64,000 nucleotides of DNA, from NCBI RefSeq assembly GCF_018350175.1, contig NC_058368.1, positions 235,602,001 to 235,666,000 of the forward strand. The letters are read 5' to 3'. Within the stretch, counting starts at the first letter, position 1. Each line of letters opens with the position of its first letter. A program made the position numbers and the translations under genes. This stretch comes from Felis catus. Its lineage: Eukaryota. A model generated the notes under the pieces. It did no database searches, was not told where the DNA came from, and was given only the letters and a program-made list of their open reading frames with translations. This document shows, piece by piece, positions 11,863 to 24,425 of the stretch.

Positions 11863-12068
11863 GGGGCGCCTGGGTGGCTCAGTTGGTTATGCGACCGACT
11901 TCCGCCCAGGTCATGATCTCACGGTTCCTGGGTTCGAGCGCTGCGCTGGGTTCTGTGCTGACAGCTCAGAGCCTGGAGCCTGCTTCCGATTCTGTCTCTC
12001 CCTCTCCCACTCTGTCTCTTTCTCTCTCAAAAATAAATACACATAAAAAATAAATAAGTAAAATAATG
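11863..12068 (+). mobile_element. Can-SINE
   Basis: SINEC body with TSD aaaacaatcttcca. Confidence 0.94.
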
Positions 12069-12659
12069 AAAACAATCTTCCACCACCGGTCCCCTTCCTC
12101 CAGCTCCAGACAAGTGTCTGTCTCAGTGCCCTGGGCAGGGAGCTCAGCCGGAGGAGACTTGGGGGCTGAGGCTGGTTGGGCAGCACATCTGGGTCTGGCG
12201 AAAGGCTCTGCAGGAGGCTGAGGCTCCATGGTGCGCTTGATAAATATGGATCCCCGATTATTGCCAATTATGTTGAATGTGTGTGCAAGGGGATCAGAGT
12301 TTCCAAGTCTAGCCAAGACGTGGGGACATCCAAGGGCTCTTTTTCTGTTGAAATAGATGGATTGAAAGAAGACGGGGTTGGTATAAAAGGATTCAGTTTT
12401 AGGAGTTGTTTTGTTTTGTTTTGCTTTGTTTCTTTTTGAGTAATACCAAATGAATCTCTTTCCATTGTGAAGAAACAATGCCCTTTACAATGATGAGTGT
12501 TTTCCAATCCTTTCAGCTGCTCATCCCAGACCAGGAATGTGTCTAGATGATACAGAAAGTGAACTCCAGCCTGGGGCCAGGTTGGGAGCCCAGAGCAGAG
12601 AGTCTGCTGAACTGGGTATCAGAAAGGACCAGGGTGGAGTGAGGTGAGCCAAGATTCCT

Positions 12660-13220
12660 GTTGGTCTTTCTGTTTTGGGCACGGAGCTCCTAAAACCCTT
12701 GGGATTTCCCAAGAAAATAGAGCCATAAAGGTGTCTTTTGTGATGCTAATGAAGTGACTTTGCATCAATGTAGGGGGCCGGTTGCCAGGAGCGCCACCGT
12801 TGTCATTAGGAGGTTGGAACTTTCAGTCCCTCTGGGAGATCCCCTCACTCCCAAGGGAGGGGAAGGGAGCTGGAGGTTGAGCACAAGGACCAATGGCCAA
12901 TGATTTAATCCATCGCGCCTGTGTAACGAAACCTCCGTTGAAACCTCGGGGGGCGGGGTTCAGAGAGCCTCAGGCTGGTGGACTGGTGGAGAGCCGGGGG
13001 AGTGTGGTACCACACAGGGCTGGAGCTCTGTGCCTTTTCCCAGACCTCACCTGGGCATCTCTTCATCTGGCTCTTTCTGAGTTATATCCTATTGGAATAA
13101 CCCAGTGACCTGGCACGTCAAATGTGTCTCTGAGTTCGGTGAGCCACTCTAGCAAATTAATTGAAACTAGGGAGCGGGTCCCTCCAATCTATAGCCTCGT
13201 GGTCAGAAGCTCAGGTGACC
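12660..13220 (+). mobile_element. MER21-like LTR (solo or partial)
   Basis: Blocks matching the recalled MER21 consensus appear in order: GAGCTCCTAAAACCCTTGG, GTGTCTTTTGT.ATGCTAATGA, CCAATGGCCAATGATTTAATC, TGAGCCACTCTAGCAAATTAATTGAA, GGTCAGAAGC.CAGGT. Confidence 0.8.
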
Positions 13221-13946
13221 AGCAGATTCCCAATAGGGAGATCACTGGCTAGGTCAGCTGGGTCTGACCCTCTAGCACTTTTCTAAAAGATGGTTTATCA
13301 GCCTACGACTAGAGAGATTACCTCTAAAAAAAAAAAAAAATAGCATATTCAGAAACCAGAAAGGGACATTTTTGACGTAAGATGCTTGAAATTCCCAAAG
13401 TGAAAGATTAGGACAGGGCCTGTGTCTTGTGGATTGTCTCAAATTTAGAGCTCACCCTGGAGAGTCTGACTTTGCACCATCTAGGAAATCAGGAGATACC
13501 GGAGGAACCACTCTTGCGGAACGGTTGGCCAGGCCTAATGTAGCCCCGGCGTTTCCTCCAGAGGCCCAAGCAAGTCCTAGCTGGCCCCGAGCAAGTCAGA
13601 CTGCTGGGGCCAACGTGGTTTCACACTCTTGGTCAGTGGGCCCAGGGGTCCTTCACAAGCCTGAGCGCTTCAGTGTATCTGATTCCAAAGTGGATCCTGT
13701 TACTGGCTACACTCCAGAATCTGGTCTCCTCTCTCGCTTTGAGACTCTACTCTTAGAAAAAAGCAGAAGGAAAATGGGGAGCCAATGAGACAGACAAGGT
13801 GAGATTCCTAAACTCAAAACATGGCATTTATAAGTTCCTTTCCCTTTACTAGTAAACACACGGAAATTAGCTCAAAGATTAGATCGTCATATAAAATATA
13901 ACTACTTAGTATTAAATTGTTCTTTATGACAGGTGGATAATCAGTA

Positions 13947-14330
13947 TTTTTTTAAATTTACATCCAAATTAGTTATATATTATTATATATAATATTATTA
14001 TATATGTATATAATATGTATATATTATAATTATATATAATAATATTATATATAATATATATAATTATATATAATATAATAATATATACATATTATATATA
14101 TATTATAGTGCAACGATGATTTCAGGAGTAGATTCCTTAGTGCCCCTTCCCCATTTAGCCCATCCCCCCTCCCACACCTCCTCCCGTGACCCTCAGTTTG
14201 TTCTCCATCTTTATGAGTCTCTTCTGTTTTGTCCCCCTCCCTGTTTTTATATTATTTTTGTTTCCCTTCCGTTATGTTCATCTGTTTTGTGTCTCAAAGT
14301 CCTCATATGAGTGAGGTCATATGGTATTTT
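13947..14330 (-). mobile_element. 5'-truncated felid L1 3' UTR with an internal (TA)-rich expansion
   Basis: TTTAAATTTACATCCAAATTAGTT ... ATAGTGCAACGATGATTTCAGGAGTAGATTCCTT ... AAAGTCCTCATATGAGTGA. Near-TSD taatcagtat/taatcattat. Confidence 0.85.
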
Positions 14331-14734
14331 AATCATTATCATACATAGATTAGTTGTTATTATTATCGGTAATTAACATACAGGCCCCATGAGTCTGTCC
14401 CCAATCACCATTGCCAAAGTTACTCATAAGGTAACAGGTGTCGGAGGATGAGTCCTTGGAAACCTCAGGAAATAAGATTCAGCACCGTTCCCTCAGGTCG
14501 TCTGGCCCATACTCACCCTGTCTCCTGCTACTCGTATTTTCTTCTAACGAATACAAGAGTAAAACGAATATGGACGTTTGGGGGGGGGGGTGCTGTAGAT
14601 GCGTAAGACGACACCCCGCAACGTCACAGGAGACCGGTTTCTGTTGGCTCACGGACCTGTACCCTGGCTGGTTACCCAGTGGTGGGGACCAGGCCCGCAG
14701 ATCTTGGCCTCACTGTCACGGGTTTTGCAAACAG

Positions 14735-14990
14735 GGAGAAGGCCACGGGGACGTGAAGGCGGAGGTTTCGATGGTGTCTCTACATGCCGAGGAACGTCCA
14801 GGATGTCCAGACATCCCTGAGACGCGAGGGGAGCGGCGGGAGCGGATTCTCTTTCACAGCCTCAGGGGGAACCAGCCGTGGTCACAGCCCGAGCTTGGAC
14901 TGCTGGCTTCCGGAAGCATGGGCCCACACACGCCTGTTTGAGCCGCCGGTCTGTGGTGCTGGGTAACAGCAGCCCCGGCCAGCTAGCATC
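14735..14990 (+). mobile_element. MaLR LTR 3' portion (MLT1B/C/D-like)
   Basis: Colinear with recalled MLT1 3' end: GAGAAGGCCA...GATTCTC..CACAGCCTC...GGAACCAG...GGACT.CTGG.TTCC.GAA...GAGCC.CC.GT.TGTGGT...AACAGCAGCCC. Confidence 0.7.
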
Positions 14991-15906
14991 ATCAGTGAGG
15001 CTTCTGTGGACCAGGAAGGAATTATAACACGAACATCCGTTCGTGATCGTCTTCATCCCGAGGCCTAACTGACCAGGCCACCCCTGAATCCCGCCTACGA
15101 CCTCAGAGGCGCAGGCCCTCCCCAAGGAAGCGTTTCCAGGTCATGCAGCCTGGAAGGAATCGGCTGCTCCCCCAACACCCGCAGGCGGCCCCCTCCTGCA
15201 GGGACCCCCAGGTTGGGGCCCAGTGACGGCCTTGAGAAGGCTCCCGGGGTGGCGGCCCTCCACCTGTTCTGCCTGAGCAATTTCCCAGAGGCTGCCAACA
15301 TCCAGATTCCCAGGCCCCATCGCTAGAGACTGACGTCGAGGGTGTGGGGTGGGAGCTGGGCACCGGCATTTGGGAGAGCTCCTCAGAGGACTCTATGAGC
15401 GGCCCAGGCTGAGGTGGAACCTACCAGGCAGCCCCCCGGGATGGAGGGCCAGGAGGGGACAGCCAGGGGCCTCCCTGAGTGTTAGGGGGAGAGTTGTACA
15501 ACGAGGCTGGGCCCAGGCTCTGAGATGGCATGCTGCTGGTGAGGGGATCTCACCTGGAAATGATTTATCCATGTGTGTGAGAGAGTGTGCGTGCACGTGG
15601 AAGGGTGTGCAAGGGGAGTTCGGCTTGAGTGCTCACACGTGTGTGTTGTGTCCGTCTGTCATCTCGCCGAGGACCCACCATGGCGGCCCTTTCTCCGTGG
15701 AGCTTGTAACTCAGTGGGAAAGACAAACACTGAACAAGTATTTTCAAGAATAGTTGCGTCTTATGAAGAAATACAAGGAGCGAGCGGTTACATCTCATCC
15801 TACTTGTGTGTGAGCGAAGACGTCAGTTAATGCGGGCTGCTTTGGAGTTATTTTGCCAATACGTGATAACGCTTTTTAATGTAATTATATGGGTCTTTCT
15901 TATTTA

Positions 15907-16090
15907 AAAAAAATTTTTTTTGATGTCTTATTTATTTTTGAGAGAGAGTGGGGGGTGGTGGTGAGAGGATCCGAAGAGGGCTCTGTGCTGACAGCAGAGA
16001 GCCTGATCGAGGCCGAGCTGGATCTCAGGAAACTTGAACCCGGAGCTGGTGACCTGAGCTGAAGTCAGACACTCAGCAGACCTGTGGCTC
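15907..16090 (-). mobile_element. Diverged Can-SINE
   Basis: SINEC motifs with TSD ttcttatttaa. Confidence 0.85.
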
Positions 16091-16759
16091 CTTCTTATTT
16101 AAGTTTGTAGCTCGCTCGCCCCTGGTTTTGATGGGTAAACTTGTCATTCCTCTCTGCATTTCCTCAACCGTGAAGTGCATTTTTCCCAAGTTAACGTTTC
16201 TTAAGTCGGGTTTGTGTCTTACAGCCTCCCTGAATATTTCACAGGCCAGGGCGGGCCTCCTCCATTCTTCTGCTCTGTCCTCCTTCATCTCCAGGAACTA
16301 GAACAAAGCCCTGGTCAGTTGTGCTTGGGCTCCCACGGACGGTGTCCTGGAGGAGAGTGTGTCTGGCATTTCTCAGACAGTCCTGATTCTGCTCCGTTTG
16401 ATGTGGAAACCAGCTATCCACATGCTTTTCTGAGCAACTTCTGACGTCACTGAAGTTTCTCCTGTTTTGTTGCCTGTATCACGTGGGGCAGGTGAAGGCT
16501 TCTTTTCTGATGGTTTTAGAGTGCCCATTCTCCCCGTAACTGTTCCACTGGGTGAGTTTATCGTTTGTTACTGAGCATTTGGTCGTCACGACCAGTGAGT
16601 GTTTGACAAATGAGTAGGTTATTCTGTGTATTTTTCACTTCCATTTGTCCCCTCCCTTTTCAAGATTCCATGTTCTTGTTTCAGGGAAAGCAGGTCCTTT
16701 CCTGGAGAGGAGGTGCCAAGAGTTTCAAGAACCTTTCTTCCAGCTCCTGAGGGAGGTCA

Positions 16760-17135
16760 TGTTGAAAACCCTTAAAAACATAAAGTTGAACAAAAATCAA
16801 AATGGCGGCACTAATGCTTCGGCGAGTTGGATTTTAAACTAAGTAACCTTTTTCCTCTTCTGCACACCTCCCCTCCCTCCCTGGCCCTTTGTTTCTGGAA
16901 CCCGACGGCACCCTGAGGGAGGCACCTACAGGGGTCCTATCCAAATGGGCTAGATCAGCATCTCCCCCTAAAGACGCCTAGCCCCTACCTCCAGGCAAGC
17001 TGCAGGTGTTTGAAGGCCACAGCCTGCAGCAGCCTCCTTTGCCCCGCAAGGCAATAAAGCTATTGTTCCTCTTTACCCCGAATGAGATCTTCCAGTTATA
17101 TTTTGGCTCCTAAGCACAGAGGTTGGTTTTTGACA
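16760..17135 (+). mobile_element. Probable solo ERV LTR, family unassigned
   Basis: Starts TGTTGAAAA and ends TGACA. Has a YY1-like AAAATGGCGG near the 5' end and AATAAA about 80 bp from the 3' end. No clear TSD. Confidence 0.55.
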
Positions 17136-19747
17136 AGTGTCCACGTAGACACTACTCCCGAGTCTCCCAGGTGCTGTTTCCCCTACACTGTTGTGCAGGA
17201 CTTCCTATGCTCGGTCCCAGCCGTGTTCAAGACCACCGTCTCAGCTCAGGCAGGAGCTGTCCACACTGGCGGCTGCTGGCAGCCGGCTGATAGGATCCTC
17301 TGTGTCCTCTTCAGCAGCCATCATGGTGGATGTGATCTGGCTCCTTCTGGGACACTTGTTTCTCCTGGGTCCACTCCGCTCTCCGTGAGGCCTCCGCCAA
17401 GCAGCCGTCTGCTCTCCTGCAGGGCTCCGAATCATTCTAGAACATGCAAGTGTTCCTTCCCAAAGGCCACCGCTGCTAATGTTTTCCTCATTTCCGCCTC
17501 TGGTTTTGCCAACAGATTCCAGGGAGCTCACCTCACACACGCCCTGTTCCCGGCCAGCTCCTTCTTTGCCCCGTCCTCCTGGGGGATGCTCATCTGAGTT
17601 TTCCGAATGGATGAGGAGGGCCATGGCACAGGGTTCCAAGAGGTCACTTAGGGTGTCATAGGATCAGAGTTGGGGAAGGACTGCACATGGCCGGGCGAGA
17701 CAGGGAGAGAGGAACACGAGCTCACTGATCAAGAAACACATGTCAAATGACGGTGGCCCCCACAAGCATGTGACAATGGGGTTGTGGAAAAATGGACCAT
17801 GTTAAGTTCCTCTAAGAGATAGCATTGGCGGAAGTCGGTAAGTAGGCAATGGCTCAAATGAAAGCAATTTAAGAGTGATCTCAAGACATAAATAAGTAAT
17901 TCACTGCCAGGACAGAAAACACCGAATGCAGAGCAGAGGTCTGGATTTTATGATCTAGTAAAATTTCCAAATGAAAACTCCAAAAGAAAACCGACTTCCA
18001 GTTGCCAGGCTTCCATTTTTTGAAGGTAACGTATCTACATATGGCCAGTGCCTTGTCTCATAATTAAGAATGCTTTTTAAGTTGAATGCCTTTAACTCAA
18101 AGGGGTGCTCATTATGTTGACCTGGGTGTTCTTATTCACCATTAACCATCCCCAGTCTGTAAACAGTTAGAAAAACGAATTCATGATGGGCAGAAAGTAC
18201 TCAGTCAGTACTCAGTACTCAGCATGACTCTCCACAGTGCTGTGATCTGACAGAGGCCAGAACGTTCAGGGAGTATCTGGGAAGTGTGTGAGAAAAGAGA
18301 GCGGAAGGAATCCCACATGGAAGAGAGATCATTGCTGAAGGCGTTCCAGAGGTGCCCTGTGCTTGCCATTGCGTCCCTGGATCCTGCTTCCTCCGAAGGA
18401 ACCTCCCCAGCCTACATCCTGGAATCTTCTGGAAGTGGAAACGATGAAAATGGCATGTCTGCCCCCATGTGTGAGAGGAACGAGGCCACACGCCACACCT
18501 TGGCTGAGCGCCTCCTACCTCTGCGCCGGACTCTGTCCTTCCTCTGCAGGCTCCGTGCGCCAGGGCCCAGAGTCCCCAGAGCTGGGGCCACCTGCCACCG
18601 TCAGAGCGTCTAGAAGCCCGAAGCAGCCGGTTCTCGCTCTAGCAGTAAAATGGCAGCTGGGTTGGCGAAGAAAATGGAGCGGCCTAACCAAACACCTGCA
18701 CGGCCTGAAAGGCGCCCAAACCCTAAAATACAAACCCCCAGGCCCACAAGAGCCTCCTCCACATGTACTTATTGTCCCCACGGTTACATCCGCAAGGTTC
18801 TCAGACATTGAATTTACTCTTCCCACCAATCCCCGCCCTGTTTTGAAGGCACTTCCAGAGGGACCAGCAATATTAAGGGCACACGCTCCCAAGAGGGGGG
18901 AGGAATAGGAGGGGTCACCAGGCCCAGCGTCTTCTTCCAAACTCCCAACTGAGTCAGTGACCCCCTTCTTGGGGACACCGAGTGGCAGATGGGGTGGAGA
19001 TGAGCCCAAGGGTTCTACTTCCTAGAGCTTCCCAGAGCGTGCTACTTGTTGAGCGGGAGGAAACAGGAAGTGAGGGGAAGGGGCGTGCCCTTGGACAGTG
19101 TGGAAAGGAAAAGCGAGTTCCAACTTGCTCTTCTCTCGAGGAGTTTCTTGTTAAGTAGCCCTCATTCCTGGAACGTGTCCTTGTACCAACAGTGCAGGGA
19201 GAGGGCGCGTCACGTGAGGCTGTTCTCGACACAGCGACCGGGAAGTTGTTCCTAGAAGGTTGTAGGAAAGACGAAAACAACGTGAGCCTTGAGGAGGCCC
19301 CAACAGAGGCGAAAATATCCAGAACATTGCTTTTCCACTGCCGTGTGGTGAGGAGCCATTCTTTTCTTCCCAAACACATTTTTTTTTTTTTTAGTGCAAT
19401 AAGAATGAATTACTGGAACAATGAAATGAAGCAGACATACAACACAATCCTCATTTCTTAAATTCATCGATTCAGGTGATATTAAGTGCCTCTGTCGAAC
19501 TGCTTAGGATGCTTCTAGCTGCGAGTCCCTGCATTTTCCTCATCAAAGAGCGGTAAGCATCAGCCCGCCCCTGCTGACTGGTCTGGAAAGCACTATGGCA
19601 GGTGTAGTCTATCCTGGAAGGGATCCTGGATCCACCCGTGGGCTGGCCTGGGGTCCACTGGGTGGCGGCACTGAGCGAGGTGCCCATGGCTGATACACCA
19701 CCCCCAGTGCTTTCCCTCTTGTTTCCCTTTGTAAAAATCCATTTTCT

Positions 19748-20071
19748 GGCTCAGAGCCTGGAGCCTGTTTCCGATTCTGTGTCTCCCTCTCTCTCTGCCC
19801 CTCGCCCGTTCATGCTCTGTCTCTCTCAGTCCCAAAAATAAATAAACGTTTAAAAAAAAAAAAGGGGGCGCCTGGGTGGCGCAGTCGGTTAAGCGTCCGA
19901 CTTCAGCCAGGTCACGATCTCGCGGTCCGTGAGTTCGAGCCCCGCGTCGGGCTCTGGGCTGATGGCTCAGAGCCTGGAGCCTGTTTCCGATTCTGTGTCT
20001 CCCTCTCTCTCTGCCCCTCGCCCGTTCATGCTCTGTCTCTCTCTGTCCCAAAAATAAATAAACGTTTAAAA
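19748..20071 (+). mobile_element. Tandem SINEC_Fc dimer (5'-truncated copy plus full copy)
   Basis: 3' half of a SINE with A tail (19748-19863), then a full SINE (19864-20071). A single TSD aaaaatccattttct flanks both. Confidence 0.95.
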
Positions 20072-20995
20072 AAAAATCCATTTTCTTCTTTTCCATTTTC
20101 CTTCCTTTGTCCTTTCTTCCTTTGCCCCCAGTTCTCTTTATTTTTCGCCCTCCTCGGAGAAGCACAGGTCTTGGTGTTTTCTCAGAATGTGTCTGGCTGT
20201 GCCTTCTGTCACTAATTCTGCCTGGAATATCCTAAGTATAGACTTGTTTTTCAGCTTTGGAAAGATCTAGATACATACGGGTTTATTATTTGGGAGATAT
20301 GGTATTACACGAGCAGTGTTTAGCGCTAAAATAAGTACACAGAGTTTGGACGACTACTGACGTTACCAAAGATTATGATTATTGAAGAAGACAGCATGCG
20401 CGCATATGTATGTATAACTAAATGAGGTTAATAAAACGAGCATGTTTCCGATTTTTCATAATATTTTCAAGAAGCAGAAGGCGAAGAAGGAGCAGAAAAG
20501 CAAAGTGAAATTCTCCTAAAATTTGACCCTATGGATGAGGGACTCTGCTTTATGTACATTTAGTACTATTTTATTTGTAACTTTGAAGATCAGAGACTGA
20601 AGCCAAAATCCCTTTAAAAAGTTGAAAGTAAATACCGTAGTAAAGATGAGAAGGATAGGTGAGGAGAGAAAAGTGACAAGATTTTGAATATATAGAAAAA
20701 AACCTGGGGGGGGTAGCAACAGAAAAATGAAAATCAGAAGGCATGGGTGTGACAAGAGAAGACACAGAGAAGTACGTGAACACCTAAAATACATTAAATT
20801 TGCTTATTAGAAAACAAAGTATTAACCCTTGAAACTAAAGGAACGTGGTGCGTCAACTATGATTAAGTAAACAACAAAGTCTTAGATTTTGTCATGGAAG
20901 TAAAATTCTATCACACTTCAGAGAACACCTATACTGCAAAGGAAAACTGAAATATTAAATTAATTGTTCAATTAATATCAAATTAAAATATTTGC

Positions 20996-21114
20996 GGGTT
21001 GCCGGGGAGGCTCAGTTGGTTGAGCATCTGACTTTGGCTCAGGTCATGATCTGACAGTTCGTGAGCTCGAGCCCCATGTCGGCCTTCACACTGATGGTGC
21101 AGAGCCTCCTTGGG

Positions 21115-21157
<43 letters not shown>

Positions 21158-21206
21158 CTTTCCTACTCATGCTCTATCTCAAAACAAGTAAAAACAAACT
21201 TTAAAA
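20996..21206 (+). mobile_element. Can-SINE with expanded (CT)n
   Basis: SINEC body with TSD aaattaaaatatttg. Confidence 0.93.
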
Positions 21207-21259
21207 AAATTAAAATATTTGTCAGGTAAATATAGTAAGACGCAGAATGCCAGGACGGG

Positions 21260-21410
21260 ACCGTGGCCGTGTTGCCTAACTTCCAGGAGCCTTCATTTTC
21301 CTGTCTTTGTAATGGACACAATAAAGGAAGCACCTACTTCAGGTTGATAAGAAGACAAGATAAGTTAATATTTATAAAAGATCTAGAACAATGCCTGGAA
21401 TATAGAAATA
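21260..21410 (+). mobile_element. MIR fragment
   Basis: MIR core-like: GCCTTCATTTTCCTGTCTTTGTAATGG...CACCTACTTCAGGTTG...TAGAACAATGCCTGG. Confidence 0.7.
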
Positions 21411-21875
21411 GCTGTATAAGTTCAGGAAAAATTCAATATAAATGAAATTTAATGCATTTAAATGAAAAATAATACATATTCCTTTGGAAAAAAGTGGAAA
21501 CACATAGTGGCAGTATCCGATCAGCCAAGACCATATCCAACGTGAGCATCAACATTCCCCTTGCTCCAAATTTTCTTCCAAGTCCCGTTGACTTACACGG
21601 GAAATAATTCTAGTGATCCTTCCAGAATAAAAATGGTATCTCTTGGACAGAATTTAGCATGTCTGTGGACTGAACACCAAGAACTCCACAGCAAATCTGT
21701 GGTGACCAATCTGGTTTGTTCCTCCCATGTCACGTCTCCTTTGTAAATACTTCAATAACCGGAAACAGCGCCCATCGGGCTCCCGAAACTCGTAGGAGAA
21801 GACAACCAGTCTTTCTCTTTGCAAAACAATCTGGGAAGAGTCTGGATCATTTTCAGAGATAAAGAATCTCATCTA

Positions 21876-21960
21876 AGCACTGGGTGTTGTATGGAAACCA
21901 ATTTGACGATAAATTTCATATTAAAAAAAAACAAATAAAATTTAAAAAGAGAAAAAAAAA
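21876..21960 (+). mobile_element. Extremely 5'-truncated young felid L1 (terminal ~45 nt plus A tail)
   Basis: GCACTGGGTGTTGTATGGAAACCAATTTGACGATAAATTTCATATT followed by an A tail. Perfect 15-bp TSD aaagaatctcatcta. Confidence 0.88.
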
Positions 21961-23108
21961 AAAGAATCTCATCTACACTGTCACCAACACCCCAGTTTGT
22001 GCTGCGCTTGATGCCCTGGGACAGATTCAGATGGAAAACGCTGCCATGTACCGCTAATTAGCATCCCGACTCCATTCCTGAGCAAGTTTCGTTCAGCTGT
22101 CTCGCTCTGTCTTCATGAGATGAACAAAACCCAAGTTCCCATATTATGAAATTCCAAATCAGTAACCCCGTGATAACTGTGTTACAGAGTCAGACCGGAG
22201 TATTTATGACCACATTCTTAATGTTTCCCAGGCCCACTATTTGTCACCAGAATCTAGACGTTTCCACCGATTCCTAATAACTGAACAATCATCTCTTTCG
22301 GGGAATCCGAATTCGCGATTTTTACCGAGTAGCGCCCTGGGTAGTGTCACCACCATCTGGAATTTGAAAAAAAACAAACAACTAAATATATAGCAAGACA
22401 AATCAAATCTTGCGAATTCCAGCTGCCCCAAACACTTGGAGGCCCCTGCCGGCAGGGACAGACACGCCGTGAAGCATTCATGTGGACAGCGAAAAGTCAC
22501 TTTGCCGAAGAAAGCGCCGTCCAGATGGCCTTGGGTGACACCATCATTTCCTGCTGTGTTTTTACATCGTGAGGGCATCACAAACGCCTTTTGAGGACAG
22601 GTCATCGCGTCCCAGCCACTAACCCAGTTTTCTTCTTTTCCTGCTACCCCGTCTCACAGCATCACCTCCGGCTCACTCTGTGTCTCTCCCGCTCACGGGC
22701 CCCGCACACGGGAGGCTTCCATGTATCCGCTGCCTGCACGATGGAACAGGCCCACGTTCAAGTTTCGTCCACCTTTTAGGATTCTCAAGAGAAATCCGTG
22801 ATGCTCGGTCTCCCGGGCAGTTACAGAGGAGCTGACACCTTCCAGCCTGTCCTGAAAAAGTCCATACTTCGAGGCGGAAAGTACGAGCCCTTAGCCTGTA
22901 TTTGGCCCGCAGACTGTTGGAAGGATGACATTCCTCTTCTGCCCAGAGCCGGAGTGGCCAGCAGAGAAGACGTGTCTTCCCAGGGGGAAAGCTTGTTAAC
23001 AGGGGACACCCAGCCCCGTGTCCTTCCTGGCCGCTTGCGCCACACTCAGCACAGAGAAGAGAATTTGAAACTTTGTGTTTTAGAACACGAGCCAGGTTTC
23101 GGTCTTTC

Positions 23109-23350
23109 TTTTTTTTTTTTTTTTTTTTTTAATTTTTTTTTTCAACGTTTTTTTATTTATTTTTGGGACAGAGAGAGACAGAGCATGAACGGGGGAGGGG
23201 CAGAGAGAGAGGGAGACACAGAATCGGAAACAGGCTCCAGGCTCTGAGCCATCAGCCCAGAGCCCGACGCGGGGCTCGAACTCACGGACCGCGAGATCGT
23301 GACCTGAGCTGAAGTCGGCCGCTTAACCGATTGAGCCACCCAGGCGCCCC
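23109..23350 (-). mobile_element. Young SINEC_Fc
   Basis: Near-consensus copy with a long T tract and TSD tcggtctttc. Confidence 0.96.
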
Positions 23351-24289
23351 TCGGTCTTTCGATTCAAGAACGTTTTAAATTATTTGGGCTTCTCCTCTGC
23401 CATGCTTCCAGGGCACAGACAGACTAGAAAGGAAGAAAGGTGGATGGGACTCCAGGAAAGGGTCTAAACCAGGGAGGCCCGGGGGGCTGGCGGACCTCAG
23501 TGGACACCAGGCAAGGGGACGCCCGGCCACGCAGACATCAGGTCAACGCAGAGCGGCGGCGACCCAGGGACAGAAACGGCTGCAGGGCTGGGGTGGTGCA
23601 CTCAGGCACAGAGACAGATGCTTCGAGAGAAGGCCCATCAGAGCCAAGGGCGGGTTCCACGAATGAGAGCCCCGGCGGGTGGCCCGGCAGAGGTGACAGC
23701 AGGAAGGGACGGTCTCTGCCCTTGGAGATGCCGCATAGTTTGGAAGAAGCGGTGCGGGGCTGCTCTTGCACAGTCAGCAACCTGTCCCGTAGTCAGCCCC
23801 CAGTTCTGGGCACCACGCCTGGGCTTTGATCAAGTGCCAGCATGCTTGGGGCTCACAGTCCTGCAGTATGGTAGGTCTGCAGTTCCAGAGAGAAACCTAC
23901 CCACCGGGCTACATTCTGGCAGCTCCTAGCTTTTGCCGAAGGAAGACAGAGGATTGGAGCCCTAAGGGAGGCTCTGGTCTTACCAGAGCCTTGTGCTGCC
24001 CACCCCCGCCCCCCTTCCTGCCCACACAGCACCATGCAAAGGATCAAGCCTCTGACCCTCGCAGGAACCCCCCCCCCCCCACTACCCCAGCTCGCTTCTT
24101 AGTCACTTGCTTTAACTCACCACGCCTCATCATGCTCCAGTTGGCTCTGACCCGGGGAGGCACCCTCAGGCAGTATCAGCATCGGCCTCTGGGGGCGCTG
24201 GCCTCAGCCCCCCTCGTCTCTCTCGGCAGCCCTTGCTTGCCCCTTTACCCCCCCGGAACCAACGCTCCCTGATTCTGCGGTCTGGCCCC

Positions 24290-24425
24290 TCTGAGTAATC
24301 CAGTAACTTCCATCTCACAGTCCCTCACTTACACCCGCAAAGACCCCTTGTCATGAAAGGTAACAGGCACAAGTTCCGCGAAACCGGGACTTGACGTCTC
24401 TGGGGCCACTGGCCAGCCTACCGCA
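24290..24425 (-). mobile_element. MLT1 LTR 5' end fragment
   Basis: CCATCTCA...GCAAAGACCCCTTG.CATG.AAGGTAACA...GGGGCCA...GCCTACC.CA resembles the reverse complement of the MLT1D/E start. Confidence 0.6.

Noticed and set aside
14478..14490. REST/NRSE half-sites (TTCAGCACC here; ACAGCGCC near 21766)
   Set aside because: No correctly spaced partner half-site.
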